A DNA stretch of 58,421 nucleotides from Clostridia bacterium. Its GTDB lineage: Bacteria; Bacillota; Clostridia; Christensenellales; UBA1242. The DNA lies in assembly GCA_045597505.1 (NCBI GenBank), contig JAZLKE010000018.1, positions 1 through 58,421 on the forward strand. Reading direction: 5' to 3'. Each line of letters begins with the position of its first letter. The stretch's first letter is position 1. Shown here in pieces: positions 1 to 10,346 of this stretch. The translations under genes were made by a program, and so were the position numbers. The notes below the pieces were generated by a model that searched no databases, was not told the DNA's origin, and saw nothing but the letters and a program-made list of their open reading frames with translations.

Positions 1-390
1 AGTATTACCCAAGGTACAACTTTTGGTGTCACAGGTTGTCTTACCCCAGATAGTGAAATTTTAGCGGACGCCGACACTACCATGCCGGTTGCCACCCGCT
101 ACTACGTTCACCCAGGTAAAGCCACCATTCGCACATCTTTGGACGGCGTTACAGTGGAAGAATTTGACTGTGAAATTTTGAAAACGCGCTACCAAGAACG
201 ACGTCGCAACAAATCCATGGTGATACGCATTACCGACCCGCGTTTATTAGAAGCCACTGGTGGCATTATCCACGGTATGAGTGGCAGTCCAATTATCCAA
301 GACGGTCACTTGGTCGGCGCCTTAACGCACGCCCTGACCCACGACCCCGCCAAAGGTTACGCCCTGTACATCGATTTCATCGCACACTAA
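1..390 (+). CDS. spoIVB: SpoIVB-type S55 serine peptidase, C-terminal part (5' end outside window)
   Basis: Frame 1 is open from base 1. The motif GGIIHGMSGSPIIQDGHLVGALTH...DPAKGY matches the catalytic-Ser region of SpoIVB peptidases. Confidence 0.7.
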   Translation, partial: SITQGTTFGVTGCLTPDSEILADADTTMPVATRYYVHPGKATIRTSLDGVTVEEFDCEILKTRYQERRRNKSMVIRITDPRLLEATGGIIHGMSGSPIIQDGHLVGALTHALTHDPAKGYALYIDFIAH

Positions 391-455
391 AAAAAACCGT
401 CACGTAATAACACCACACTGAGAAAATAAAAACTGCCTTGCGGGCAGTTTCATTA

Positions 456-1652
456 TTACTTTTTACTACGGCGCGCGATTTCCGCATCTAACGCCAAACC
501 AATTGATTCCAACGAAAAGTCGTCTTCGGCAGGGGTCTGTATTTCTTCGACTGGTTCTTCGGGTTTACTAATTTCGACTGGCTCTTCGGGTTCTTCTTCG
601 GGTTCGCCCAACCTTTCTTTGCGGGCTTTTTCTTCCAGTTTCTGCACTTCGCCGTCCATAATGTCGGCAACCAAACTGTCAATCACGCGTTCTTTGTCAA
701 TTTCCAAAAAGTCGTCATCTTCTTCATTTTCCACGGGAGCAACTTTTTCCTCTACTTCTTTTTTGGGTTCAGGTTGATGATTTTCGATTGGGGCAGGTAT
801 AACCTGTTCAAATTGAGCGACTTGTTCCGCTTGAACTTCTTGTTCTGCAACCAAATCTGAAACATTGATTGTGTCAGGTTGCGGTGTCGTTTTTTCGGTC
901 AAACGTGCAATTTCGCGTTCGTTATCTACCCCGCTCATTACAACTTTGGTTTCCGCTTCCTTTTGACGAATGATGAAGTCGCGTACTTCAATAATTTGTT
1001 CTTCTGGCAATTCGCCGATTGTGGCATACAGCGGTTTTTTGTTTTTACCAAATTTATTTGGATAAGCATCAACAATGATAAATGGTTTAGTCACACTTAA
1101 AAATGCAACGCTATTTTCTTTCAACGCCTTGAACAAACCGTCACGGTAATTGTTTTTTTCTCGATTAAAACGATGAACAAAAATTGCCAACACGATTTGC
1201 AAAAGTGGCATAATCGCCCCCAAGCCCAAACCTAACCATAAGTTTTTCGCTTCGATTACAAACAAGTTAATACAAACTGAACCCACCGCTAAAATCAAAG
1301 TCATTGCCAAAATTAACGGCGAAACAGAAGGAATGTTTTTTTGACCAACCAAGTTGTCGTATTCTTTACGGCTCATGCAACGCACTTTGCCGTCTTTTAC
1401 CATGATTGGATATTGTCCCCCGTCTTCATCAAATTTGCGCAAAAAATCACGATACAAATATAAAGATTCACGTTCTTTCGCATCTTCTGGCACGAATTTA
1501 GCTTTGTGCCACAACTTAGCAATACTGGTTAATTGAACGGCAGCATAATTTTTTTGGTTATCAATTCGGCGAATTGTATTAAAAGTCCACCACAGCGCAA
1601 GAATCGCAGCTGCGGCAATAAAACCAACAATAATGAGATTGTACATATCCAT
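456..1652 (-). CDS. Hypothetical membrane protein with a highly acidic Glu/Pro-rich C-terminal tail
   Basis: Long ORF with N-terminal and central hydrophobic helices. The start is placed at the ATG preceded by GGGGGA; the ORF track begins at a TTG at 1667. Confidence 0.5.
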   Translation of the reverse strand: MDMYNLIIVGFIAAAAILALWWTFNTIRRIDNQKNYAAVQLTSIAKLWHKAKFVPEDAKERESLYLYRDFLRKFDEDGGQYPIMVKDGKVRCMSRKEYDNLVGQKNIPSVSPLILAMTLILAVGSVCINLFVIEAKNLWLGLGLGAIMPLLQIVLAIFVHRFNREKNNYRDGLFKALKENSVAFLSVTKPFIIVDAYPNKFGKNKKPLYATIGELPEEQIIEVRDFIIRQKEAETKVVMSGVDNEREIARLTEKTTPQPDTINVSDLVAEQEVQAEQVAQFEQVIPAPIENHQPEPKKEVEEKVAPVENEEDDDFLEIDKERVIDSLVADIMDGEVQKLEEKARKERLGEPEEEPEEPVEISKPEEPVEEIQTPAEDDFSLESIGLALDAEIARRSKK

Positions 1653-1805
1653 GACAAGTTCCCCCAAACTTTACATAGTAATTTTACCGAAAAAATCCAA
1701 ATTTGGCAAATCATTATAAAGTGTTTACAAAACACTAATTTTTGCGACACGTCTTGCGATTTTTGCGGTTTTTTGCAATTTTTACTACGCAGATTTACTT
1801 ATTAT

Positions 1806-2669
1806 ATGATAAACTTTTTACGCATGGAAAAAGAGTTTGCCACCAAAGCCGAACAAGTTGAAAACAGTATTCGCAAAGGTTTTCACAAAACAATCTTTGC
1901 TAAATTTTGCCGTGCAATTAACGAATACAATTTAATTCAACCCAACGACAAAATTGCGGTTTGTATTTCGGGTGGCAAAGATAGTATGTTGATGGCAAAA
2001 CTTTTTCAAGAACTTAAACGCCACAATAAAATTCCATTTGAATTGGTCTATATGATTATGGACCCAGGTTACAATTCCGAAAACCGCGCACTGATTGAAA
2101 ACAACGCCAAATTATTGGAAATTCCCGCAACAATTTTTGAAACCGACATTTTTGAAAATGTTTACAAAATTGAAAAGTCCCCCTGCTACCTGTGCGCGCG
2201 TATGCGCCGTGGTCATTTATACCACCAAGCCCAATTACTGGGTTGCAACAAAATTGCACTTGGACACCATTACGATGATGTCATCGAAACCATTTTGATG
2301 GGCATGCTTTACGGCGGACAAATTCAAACCATGATGCCCAAACTGTACAGTAAAAACTTCCCTAATATGCAACTGATTCGCCCAATGTATTTGGTGCGCG
2401 AACAAGATATTTTACGTTGGCGTGATGCTAACCAATTAACTTTCATTCAATGCGCTTGCAAGTTTACCGCCCAAAATGCACACGACGAACACAACTCCAA
2501 ACGCCAAAGTGTCAAACGACTAATTGCCCAATTGAAACAAAACGACCCCCAAATTGAACGCAATATTTTCCGCAGTCTGGAAAACGTCAACCTTGCCACC
2601 GTAATTACTTATAAAGATAAAGCTGGCAATTATCACAATTTCCAAGACGACTATCGCCCGAAAGCGTAA
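1806..2669 (+). CDS. ttcA: PP-loop ATPase of the TtcA family (tRNA 2-thiocytidine biosynthesis-like)
   Basis: Has the SGGKDS PP-loop, CYLCARMRRG, and GHHYDDVIETILMGMLYGG motifs. The start is trimmed to the ATG at 1806 (alternative 1824) because the track's N-terminal extension overlaps the divergent gene and promoter. Confidence 0.65.
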   Translation: MINFLRMEKEFATKAEQVENSIRKGFHKTIFAKFCRAINEYNLIQPNDKIAVCISGGKDSMLMAKLFQELKRHNKIPFELVYMIMDPGYNSENRALIENNAKLLEIPATIFETDIFENVYKIEKSPCYLCARMRRGHLYHQAQLLGCNKIALGHHYDDVIETILMGMLYGGQIQTMMPKLYSKNFPNMQLIRPMYLVREQDILRWRDANQLTFIQCACKFTAQNAHDEHNSKRQSVKRLIAQLKQNDPQIERNIFRSLENVNLATVITYKDKAGNYHNFQDDYRPKA

Positions 2670-2712
2670 TTTTTTGGTCGCGTTTATTTTTTAACTATGT
2701 TATAATCATAAC

Positions 2713-3138
2713 ATGAAAAAAATTTGGAATATTGTTTTGTACGTTGTAGCCGCGGGCGCTATCGGTTTAGCGGTCGGTGCATACTTGGGTAACTTGGGTC
2801 AAATTTGGTATTTATCCGCGGGTGCCGTTGCGGGACTATCTTTGTTTGCAGCATTAGTTTTGACCACCAGCCTTCGTCACGAAGCCATCGAAGCCCAAAA
2901 CGCGGGCGTATCTTTGAAACGTAAAGACATCATTTTACAAGCGGGCGAAGAATACACCGTCGCGAAACACGGCAAAGTCCGTCCTGGCGAATACCAAGTT
3001 ATGGCGGTCAACGAAAACGAAAAAACTTTCAACTTGCGCGTCAATGATTACGTCAAAGAATACAAACACAATACTACCATTGTTTTGGCCGAAGGCGACA
3101 CGATTTCCCCACGTTCAGCCAATGTCATTTTGCGCTAA
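2713..3138 (+). CDS. Hypothetical membrane-anchored protein
   Basis: ORF with two N-terminal hydrophobic helices. An extended -10 (TGtTATAAT) ends 6 nt before the ATG. Confidence 0.5.
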   Translation: MKKIWNIVLYVVAAGAIGLAVGAYLGNLGQIWYLSAGAVAGLSLFAALVLTTSLRHEAIEAQNAGVSLKRKDIILQAGEEYTVAKHGKVRPGEYQVMAVNENEKTFNLRVNDYVKEYKHNTTIVLAEGDTISPRSANVILR

Positions 3139-3162
3139 GCAAAATCGTATTTATAGTAAGAA

Positions 3163-3804
3163 ATGAAAAAAATCAGTGCCTTTTTGTGTATTATTTTGGT
3201 TGCAGTCGCTATGTCGGCATGCAGTACTTTTTATGACGATACAACTAAAAACTACCCACAAAGCAATCCAATGCAAACCACAATTTTTTTACAAATCAAA
3301 GCAATTCCCGTGGGTTCAACTTTGGATATTGAATTAACTAATTGGAAAGCCGCAGTTTTAACACAACAACCAACCCAAGAAACCGCAACCAAAATTATTG
3401 ACATCAACTACGCCACAGAAACTTCCACGGTTTACCGCGCCGAATTAACTTTGCAAAACGTTCCCGACTCTACCGCGGAAAAAACCGTACGACCCTTCCA
3501 AATTTTTTACACCCAAAAAATCTACAACCCTTTGGCGTTATTACCCGACAGCGATGTTTTCCAATATAACATTTTGTTCGGCGCCGAACATCGCCACAGT
3601 TCGGCTTCTACCCAAGATATTACCTACGATAACGGCGAATACGTCTACTATTGGACCGACGCAACTCCGATAGAATTTACCGACGTCTACCCCAACCGAC
3701 CATTGTATATTATCATTATTATTGCTTCTGCCGTAGTTATTGGCGTAATAACCTACCTTATCAGCCGATATTATGATTGTAAAAAACGCAAACACCAGTT
3801 ATAA
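3163..3804 (+). CDS. Putative lipoprotein with a C-terminal transmembrane anchor
   Basis: Signal peptide with the lipobox-like sequence VAMSAC, and a hydrophobic C-terminal helix. Confidence 0.5.
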   Translation: MKKISAFLCIILVAVAMSACSTFYDDTTKNYPQSNPMQTTIFLQIKAIPVGSTLDIELTNWKAAVLTQQPTQETATKIIDINYATETSTVYRAELTLQNVPDSTAEKTVRPFQIFYTQKIYNPLALLPDSDVFQYNILFGAEHRHSSASTQDITYDNGEYVYYWTDATPIEFTDVYPNRPLYIIIIIASAVVIGVITYLISRYYDCKKRKHQL

Positions 3805-3812
3805 TACTGATT

Positions 3813-4562
3813 ATGGCAATTGCAGTATTTGGTGACATTCATGGCAACCTAGAAGCCTTGGAAGCCATTTTGAAACATATCCAACGCAACCGTAAAATTA
3901 CCGCAACCTATTATTTGGGTGACGCGATTGTTTTTGGTCCTGACAGTGCGGCATGCTTGCGTTTATTACAAAAATATAAAGTTAATTGTGTTTTAGGTAA
4001 TCACGAACAACGCGTAACAAAATACGACGAATCGGCAACCGCGATGACCTATGCCAACAAAGATTTAATTGAAACCACGTTCGCCTCACTTAGCCGTGAA
4101 GATTTGGCGTTCATTTCTAAAATGCCTTTGGAATTAAAAATCAATTACAAAGACACCAATATTTTGTTTACCCACTACTGCCACGACAACACGGGCAAAG
4201 TAATTGACACGCAAATCGAATTTAACGAAAAAGAACTGCAAAAGTATTTCAAAGATAAAAAATGCGATGTAGTATTTTTTGGTCATTTACACAAACGCAA
4301 AATTCTTATCGACGAAGAAAAACACTCATATATTTTGCAAGGCAGTTCGGGTTGCGTCAAAACGGATACAACTTTTTACACATTATTTGATGTGGTGGAT
4401 AACTATGGCGATGGCAAAAATTATGACATCTATCGTGTCGATGTTAAATACAACCGCAAACGCTTTGTAACCAAAATGCAAACCGCCAATTTACCTGGTA
4501 AAGAAATTTATGCGCCATTTTGCTTTGGGATTGAATTTAACCAACAAGGAGAACAACAATGA
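3813..4562 (+). CDS. Calcineurin-like metallophosphoesterase
   Basis: Has GDIHGN, GD..VFGPD, GNHE and GHLH motifs in the canonical order. Confidence 0.7.
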   Translation: MAIAVFGDIHGNLEALEAILKHIQRNRKITATYYLGDAIVFGPDSAACLRLLQKYKVNCVLGNHEQRVTKYDESATAMTYANKDLIETTFASLSREDLAFISKMPLELKINYKDTNILFTHYCHDNTGKVIDTQIEFNEKELQKYFKDKKCDVVFFGHLHKRKILIDEEKHSYILQGSSGCVKTDTTFYTLFDVVDNYGDGKNYDIYRVDVKYNRKRFVTKMQTANLPGKEIYAPFCFGIEFNQQGEQQ

Positions 4563-5029
4563 ACGACGAAATTAAACGTATTGCCGAAAACTTTTTAACC
4601 GAAGAAAAGGTTTCCCCGAAAACCGCCATTTTAATGGCCAGTTTAGGTTTGAACAAAAGTGCGGGCGATATTGCGGATATCGCTTACGGAGTGAATTTCA
4701 GCCAACACGCCTATAACGAAGAACGTCGCCAACAAATGGTCGAATACTTGGGTTACACCATGCTAAATTGGCAGATTTTAGCACTCAGTACGGGAATTTC
4801 GGCGGACGAAATTGCTAAACAATTTGCCAATGAATGGGAAACCAAACGCAACGGCAAAGCTTCAATTAAAGCGTTACTTAAACATTTGAAACCCGCGGCG
4901 CGCACCATTGAAAACCCAATTGAACACCAAGCTCCCACACCGATTGCTCCCACCCGTCCGACACCTACCACCACGGCAGCGTCCACCGCAACCAAAACCA
5001 CCAACCAAGGTTATTTTCGTTCATTTTAA
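4559..5029 (+). CDS. Hypothetical protein with a Pro/Thr-rich C-terminus
   Basis: ORF with a 4-nt ATGA overlap with the upstream gene. No recognisable motif. Confidence 0.4.
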   Translation: MNDEIKRIAENFLTEEKVSPKTAILMASLGLNKSAGDIADIAYGVNFSQHAYNEERRQQMVEYLGYTMLNWQILALSTGISADEIAKQFANEWETKRNGKASIKALLKHLKPAARTIENPIEHQAPTPIAPTRPTPTTTAASTATKTTNQGYFRSF

Positions 5030-5806
5030 TTAAAACCAACTGGCGACCATTAAACCGCCACCCAAAATTAACAAATAGATAGCAAACCACCGCAAATCAA
5101 TTTTGCGGACTAAACTTAACATACATTTAATCGCAACCACACCCGCCACAAATGCCGCGACAAAAGCCAACACAATGTTACCCGCACCCAAACTTTGTAC
5201 ATTGCCCCCACGTAAAATTTCGTAAACCAACGAACCCAAAATAATGGGTATCGACATCAAAAATGAAAAGTCCGTTGCACTTTGGGTCGTCATACCAACC
5301 AACCGCCCAGTTGTAATCGTTAAACCACTACGCGATAAACCAGGCACCACCGCTACACCTTGCGCCAAACCCACTACCGCCGCTTGCCACCAAGGGCGTT
5401 TTTCTTTGTCCGCCGTTTTGGTTAAGTACTTTTTCAATACAGTCGGCAACAACAAATACAAACCACAAATCATAAACGCATACGGCAATGCCGCCACGGT
5501 AAATAAACTTTCAATCAGATCATGGAATATTAACACGACCGCACATGTGACCACGGTCGCAATTCCCAAACACAATGTTTCCCGATTCCACGGGTGACGC
5601 AACAATTGCCACAATTTTTGGCGGTACACTACGACCACGGCAAACAGTGTCGCCAAATGCAACAAGATTGTCAGCAACAATCCACCGTCACTGATACCAA
5701 ACCAAGTTTCAAACAATAATAAATGTCCGCTGGACGAAATTGGCAAAAATTCTGCCAGTCCTTGAACTAAACCTAAAAACACTGCGGTGTACCAAGCCAT
5801 AACCAT
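5030..5806 (-). CDS. uppP: Undecaprenyl-diphosphate phosphatase
   Basis: Has the VQGLAEFLPISSSGHL and PGLSRSG motifs and is polytopic. The start is trimmed to the MVMAWYT methionine. Confidence 0.85.
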   Translation of the reverse strand: MVMAWYTAVFLGLVQGLAEFLPISSSGHLLLFETWFGISDGGLLLTILLHLATLFAVVVVYRQKLWQLLRHPWNRETLCLGIATVVTCAVVLIFHDLIESLFTVAALPYAFMICGLYLLLPTVLKKYLTKTADKEKRPWWQAAVVGLAQGVAVVPGLSRSGLTITTGRLVGMTTQSATDFSFLMSIPIILGSLVYEILRGGNVQSLGAGNIVLAFVAAFVAGVVAIKCMLSLVRKIDLRWFAIYLLILGGGLMVASWF

Positions 5807-5858
5807 ATCTATGTTTTCGTTTGGCGAAAAATGGTACTCAGTGTTATCATTTAATATC

Positions 5859-6116
5859 ATGCAAAAAGAAGATTTAATCAAACGTTTGCGCTTATTTGCT
5901 GTGATTACCACCACAGTTTTTGTTGTGTTGGTGGTGGCTTTGTTAGTGCAGTTTGGTTTTATTGCCTACTATCACGCCGAAATTCGCGAATTGAACGACC
6001 GCAACCAAGCTTTGACCGAGCAAATTGACGGCTTAGAAAAAGATATTAAACAAATTGAAGAAACCTACGCTCACGATAAACAAATTCAAAAAGCCGGAGA
6101 ACAACAGCAAGGTTAA
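5859..6116 (+). CDS. Septum formation initiator (FtsB/DivIC-like) protein
   Basis: Single N-terminal TM helix followed by a coiled-coil (EIRELNDRNQALTEQIDGLEKDIKQIEE). The start is set at the ATG at 5859. Confidence 0.5.
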   Translation: MQKEDLIKRLRLFAVITTTVFVVLVVALLVQFGFIAYYHAEIRELNDRNQALTEQIDGLEKDIKQIEETYAHDKQIQKAGEQQQG

Positions 6117-6119
6117 ACT

Positions 6120-6842
6120 ATGTCCACCAAAGAAGAATTGAACGCTAACATTCACGCAGGTCGCCGTCAAAAATTACGTGACCGCTTTTTGCAAAACGGC
6201 TTAGACAATTTCAACGAATGTGAAGTTTTAGAATTTGCGTTAGGTTATTGTATTCCGCGCCAAGACACTAACCCCGCCGCACACAGTTTAATTGAACGCT
6301 TTGGTTCTTTGGAAAAAGTCATGGACGCAGAACCCAACGCGCTTACTCATGCTTACGGCATCGGCGAACAAGCCAGCACCTTTTTACATTTCTTAAAAGA
6401 ATTTTCCGTTTATTTGGCAAAACATCGCCTGCATAAAATTAAAATCATCACACCACAAAATGCGATTGACTATTTACAACCGTTAATGCGCGCCTATTCC
6501 GTCGAACAGTTTGTGGTCGTTTGTATTGATAGCGCGGGTAACGTGATTAAAATTCATGATATTACTAACCAAGAATTGGACATGGTACACGTCAGCGTAC
6601 GCGAAATTATTTCCATTGTTACTTCGGTAAAAACTGCCCAAGTTGTTTTAGCCCATAACCATTTGAACGAAGACCCGAAACCATCACTCAGCGATATGCA
6701 GTTTACCCGCCGCTTGTGGTTGACCTTTGACAATTTGGGCATTAAGTTTTTGGACCATTTAATTTTTGCCGACGAAAAAGTCTACTCTTTCCATTGTACG
6801 GGTATGTTAGAAGTTTTGAAAAACAGTATTCCCAAAGAATAA
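6120..6842 (+). CDS. radC: RadC-like JAB-domain protein
   Basis: N-terminal HhH-like region and a C-terminal JAMM-type HNH...PS..D motif (LAHNHLNEDPKPSLSD). Confidence 0.75.
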   Translation: MSTKEELNANIHAGRRQKLRDRFLQNGLDNFNECEVLEFALGYCIPRQDTNPAAHSLIERFGSLEKVMDAEPNALTHAYGIGEQASTFLHFLKEFSVYLAKHRLHKIKIITPQNAIDYLQPLMRAYSVEQFVVVCIDSAGNVIKIHDITNQELDMVHVSVREIISIVTSVKTAQVVLAHNHLNEDPKPSLSDMQFTRRLWLTFDNLGIKFLDHLIFADEKVYSFHCTGMLEVLKNSIPKE

Positions 6843-6981
6843 TTACCAATAACGATAAATTAACAAAGAAAGACAAATTGATAAATAGATATAGAAATAG
6901 AACATAGTTAAAATATTGACAAAAAAACCAAACACGATAATAATAAAGACAGTGGAAAAAAAGTTTGTCGGTCAAGAATAT

Positions 6982-7920
6982 ATGGCGGCAACCAGCGGTA
7001 AAGGCCTGCAACAGGAATCCAAAGGTAGCCGTTTTTTGGCGCGCACAACGATTACATTTTCAATTATTATCACTTTAATTTCAGTTTTCATTGTCGCATT
7101 TTGCGTGTTTTTTCAACTTTGCCCAATTAACGGTACTTCCATGATGACCGCCTTAAACGCGACTGGTCGTGACACCGACAGCGCGCTTACCTGCACCGTG
7201 GGCGAACCCGAACACGGCGACATTGTGGTCATGAAACTTTATATTCAAGATTCCTACCGTCGGGATAAATACTTGGCATCAAAAGGTGACCAAGGTGCGC
7301 TTAACCGTTTGCGTTTACAAAATCCACGCTACACCCAACAAGACGCGATTAACGCGGTCAAAAGTTACATTCAAAACGACGGCTACACCGAATCCGATAG
7401 CAACGGTAATTATAAACTGGTGGTCAAACGCTTAATTGGTAAACCAGGTGACCGTATCAGCATGCGTGCCATTGGTAACAAATATTACATTTACTTAAAC
7501 GGTCAAGAATTACAAGAACCCTATCTTGACCCATTAGTGGCTGACCATGATGCACCGAACTTCGCGCAATTGTGGTCGGTTTTGAATACTCCAAATACTG
7601 CCGACTTGGACGACTGGGTGGCTACCGATTATCAAAAATTATTGGAATACAACATTGACAAAGCCAAGGACGGCAACGGTACGCCCAGTACTTATATGTT
7701 TATTGTACCTGACAACTATTATTTTTTAATGGGTGACAACCGTGGTGGCGCAGCAACCGAATATTCAAAAAGTTGGGATTCAACGTACTTTGGACCTTTA
7801 CCGACCAGCAGTTATTACAGTTGCTGTGTCGACGTTTTATCCAATCAAACCAGTATGCCCGAATACCTATGGAGTAAATTTGTCTATTATGTTTGTTTTG
7901 GTTGGGCGTGGCAAAAATGA
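6982..7920 (+). CDS. lepB: Signal peptidase I (unusually long, with a large insertion)
   Basis: TM helix, then NGTSM (catalytic Ser box), GDIVV, VKRLIGKPGDRI (Lys box) and GDNRG..S.DS. The start is uncertain: TTG at 6916 or ATG at 6982. Confidence 0.7.
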   Translation: MAATSGKGLQQESKGSRFLARTTITFSIIITLISVFIVAFCVFFQLCPINGTSMMTALNATGRDTDSALTCTVGEPEHGDIVVMKLYIQDSYRRDKYLASKGDQGALNRLRLQNPRYTQQDAINAVKSYIQNDGYTESDSNGNYKLVVKRLIGKPGDRISMRAIGNKYYIYLNGQELQEPYLDPLVADHDAPNFAQLWSVLNTPNTADLDDWVATDYQKLLEYNIDKAKDGNGTPSTYMFIVPDNYYFLMGDNRGGAATEYSKSWDSTYFGPLPTSSYYSCCVDVLSNQTSMPEYLWSKFVYYVCFGWAWQK

Positions 7921-8660
7921 AATCCAAGATTGTCATTCTTAGTGGCTTAACCGCCAGCGGTAAAACTGCACTTTCCATTGAACTGGCTAAACAATTTAAT
8001 GCGGAAATTATTTCGGCTGACAGCCGTCAAGTCTACCAAGGTTTGGACGTCGGCTCCGCCAAAATTACCTCTGCCGAAATGCAAGGTATTCCCCACCATT
8101 GTTTGGACATTGTAAACCCCGCGCAAAACACCCGTTATTCGGTCGGTGATTTTCAACGCGACGCCTATCGCATAATTGATGAAATCATCGCCCGCGGTAA
8201 ATTGCCGCTTTTGGTTGGCGGTACTGGACTGTATACCCGCTCGGTCGCGGAAGGTTACGGCTTTGATAACCAACCAAACAATCCACATTACGATGTTTTA
8301 CAAATTTGTTTGATACCACCGAACACGCTTCTAGCACCCAAGGTCGACCAACGCAACCACGAACGCGTCGAACAACAAGGCATGTTTGACGAAACCCGCA
8401 ATCTGTTAAACAAAGGCGTACCAAGTGATTTTTTGTATAAACTAGGTTTGGAATACCGTTTGAATGTACGCTATCTGAACGGCGAAATTGATTTGCCGAC
8501 CTATTATTACGAACTATACCACCAAACCATGCAATTCATTAAACGCCAACGTACATGGTACCGCAAAGAAAACCCCGCGTATACACACTACCTAACCGAC
8601 CCCAAAACTTATCTATCTGACGTTACAAACTTAATAAACCAGTTTTTAACGACAAAATAA
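7917..8660 (+). CDS. miaA: tRNA dimethylallyltransferase
   Basis: Has the GLTASGKT P-loop, ISADSRQVYQGLDVGSAK and GGTGLY. ATGA overlap with the lepB stop. The protein is shorter than typical MiaA. Confidence 0.85.
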   Translation: MKSKIVILSGLTASGKTALSIELAKQFNAEIISADSRQVYQGLDVGSAKITSAEMQGIPHHCLDIVNPAQNTRYSVGDFQRDAYRIIDEIIARGKLPLLVGGTGLYTRSVAEGYGFDNQPNNPHYDVLQICLIPPNTLLAPKVDQRNHERVEQQGMFDETRNLLNKGVPSDFLYKLGLEYRLNVRYLNGEIDLPTYYYELYHQTMQFIKRQRTWYRKENPAYTHYLTDPKTYLSDVTNLINQFLTTK

Positions 8661-8700
8661 TACAACTTTTTTTACATAAGTCTTGATTTGATAAATTTCA

Positions 8701-9141
8701 ATGTGTTATCATTCACTCATGAAAAAAAGAACTTTACGCCCGACCAATAAAAATGCACTTAAAACGGCATTGCTGATTACAGCGACCGCAGGTACAATTG
8801 GTTATCAAGCCCATCTTCATTATCAATATCAATCTTCAAAAGAAGAACAAATCGACAATTTCAAAAATGAATTGATACAATATGAAGAAAAAATTGCCAC
8901 CACTGAACCAACAAAAGTCACCAGCGATGACAACGGCGAAAAAATTGACATTTCGGAAAAAATGCCCACAATTGCAATTATCTATCACAAAGATGGCAAT
9001 GTTTCCTTAATGATTAACCGTGAATATTTGTCCCTAGAAGCAGCTTTGGAAAAATATCCAGCCTTAACTGCGGATATCAAAAAATACATTGAAGTTAGCC
9101 ACGAAGAAACAATTAAAACAACGGAATCATTGGAGCGATAA
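8701..9141 (+). CDS. Hypothetical membrane-anchored protein
   Basis: ORF with one hydrophobic helix. TAATG overlap with the next ORF. Confidence 0.4.
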   Translation: MCYHSLMKKRTLRPTNKNALKTALLITATAGTIGYQAHLHYQYQSSKEEQIDNFKNELIQYEEKIATTEPTKVTSDDNGEKIDISEKMPTIAIIYHKDGNVSLMINREYLSLEAALEKYPALTADIKKYIEVSHEETIKTTESLER

Positions 9142-10316
9142 TGGACCACGAATTTAGCTATTGCTATACCGAACTGATTAAGCGCGACCGTAAAGCCGAA
9201 CGCCATTATTATACCCGTCTTCCAGAACAAATCGACTTTAACAATAACAAGGCAATCATCATTAGTATATCTGGTAACGGTGCCACCAACCTAAAATCTG
9301 CCAACGGTTTTGCCAAAATAGTTCAAACCAATTTGGATTTAATGTTCAAAAACAAAGACGGCAAAGACGCGTTAGACTTTGTCGATATATTCAGTGTCAA
9401 ATATGCGACCCGAACTAAAAACTACGGCACCGGTTACATAACCACAGATTTTGCTAACAAACTGACCGACACCTTGGTTAAATTTTTGACCGACAAAAAC
9501 GGAAAACCGCTACCACTCGACCAAGCACAACGCAATTTTTCACGTATTACTTTTTTCACTTACTGCCAAGGCAATTTCTCTTTGAACGACATCATCGACA
9601 TGTTGAACGAAAAATTGGTCGAACTCGGCTATACCAACGAAGAAGTTATCGCAATTAACAATGCCAGTATGGAAATTTCTTTTGCCGCACCAAATTCAGC
9701 GGAAAACAAAATTCCCAGTGTCCGCATTTTAAGTGCTAATGACCCTGTTGTCGGTGAAGACATCAATTACTTACTTGAACACGATGAAAAATTGAAAAAT
9801 TTGGACGGCATCGCCCTGCACCAAGACCAACCAGGTCACCTTTACGGCAAAGAACGTTTTGGCGCCACTGCCCCTTGCCTGCAAGTCATTTCCAATAATT
9901 TTCTCAACGCCCTTCATGGCTTCCATTTAGTTTATACCGACCACAACATTAAATGCGTCAGTTTTAACAAAAAATGGGAATTAAACCCTTGCATAATCGA
10001 CCACGAAAATTTGGTTTCACCGAATGCCAAATGTGCTGCCGAATCAATCGCGCTGGCAACCTGTTTTGCGGTACAACACAGTTTTAATAACATGTGCGCG
10101 GAAACTTATCAATCCCAAGATTGGAATCAATTGATTGACGATTTGCAATTTAATATCGACAGTTATAAACCCAAAAAATTAACCAAATTAAATGCTGATT
10201 TTGCACCAGGTTTTCGCATGAATGACGGTTTAGCCATTACCAATGAAGAAGCCGCCTTAAAAACCAACATTGATGCAGCACCACTAGCTCACAATAACGA
10301 AAACATTAAAGACTAA
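9141..10316 (+). CDS. Hypothetical protein (391 aa), no recognised domain
   Basis: Long ORF coupled to the upstream ORF and followed by a strong hairpin terminator. Confidence 0.45.
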   Translation: MDHEFSYCYTELIKRDRKAERHYYTRLPEQIDFNNNKAIIISISGNGATNLKSANGFAKIVQTNLDLMFKNKDGKDALDFVDIFSVKYATRTKNYGTGYITTDFANKLTDTLVKFLTDKNGKPLPLDQAQRNFSRITFFTYCQGNFSLNDIIDMLNEKLVELGYTNEEVIAINNASMEISFAAPNSAENKIPSVRILSANDPVVGEDINYLLEHDEKLKNLDGIALHQDQPGHLYGKERFGATAPCLQVISNNFLNALHGFHLVYTDHNIKCVSFNKKWELNPCIIDHENLVSPNAKCAAESIALATCFAVQHSFNNMCAETYQSQDWNQLIDDLQFNIDSYKPKKLTKLNADFAPGFRMNDGLAITNEEAALKTNIDAAPLAHNNENIKD

Positions 10317-10344
10317 CAAAAAAGCGGGACAGCCCCGCTTTTTT
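10317..10344. terminator. Bidirectional rho-independent terminator
   Basis: The sequence AAAAAAGCGGG-ACAG-CCCCGCTTTTTT sits between convergent genes. Confidence 0.65.
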
Positions 10345-10346
10345 CA

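Noticed and set aside
1533-1805. N-terminal extensions offered by the ORF track. Examples are ttcA from 1533, uppP from 5914, gyrB from 17204, recF from 31234, pth from 51813, rplJ from 52900, mnmA from 45490, and the ORF starting at 37954.
   Set aside because: The extensions overlap divergent genes, promoters, tRNAs or terminators and lack family-typical N-termini. Internal ATGs with SD or -10 signals match the conserved protein starts.
7917-8660. Short MiaA (247 aa) as a truncated pseudogene
   Set aside because: Both the N-terminal P-loop and the C-terminal region appear intact, and the gene is translationally coupled to lepB. The shortfall looks like a reduced internal insertion domain rather than a disruption.
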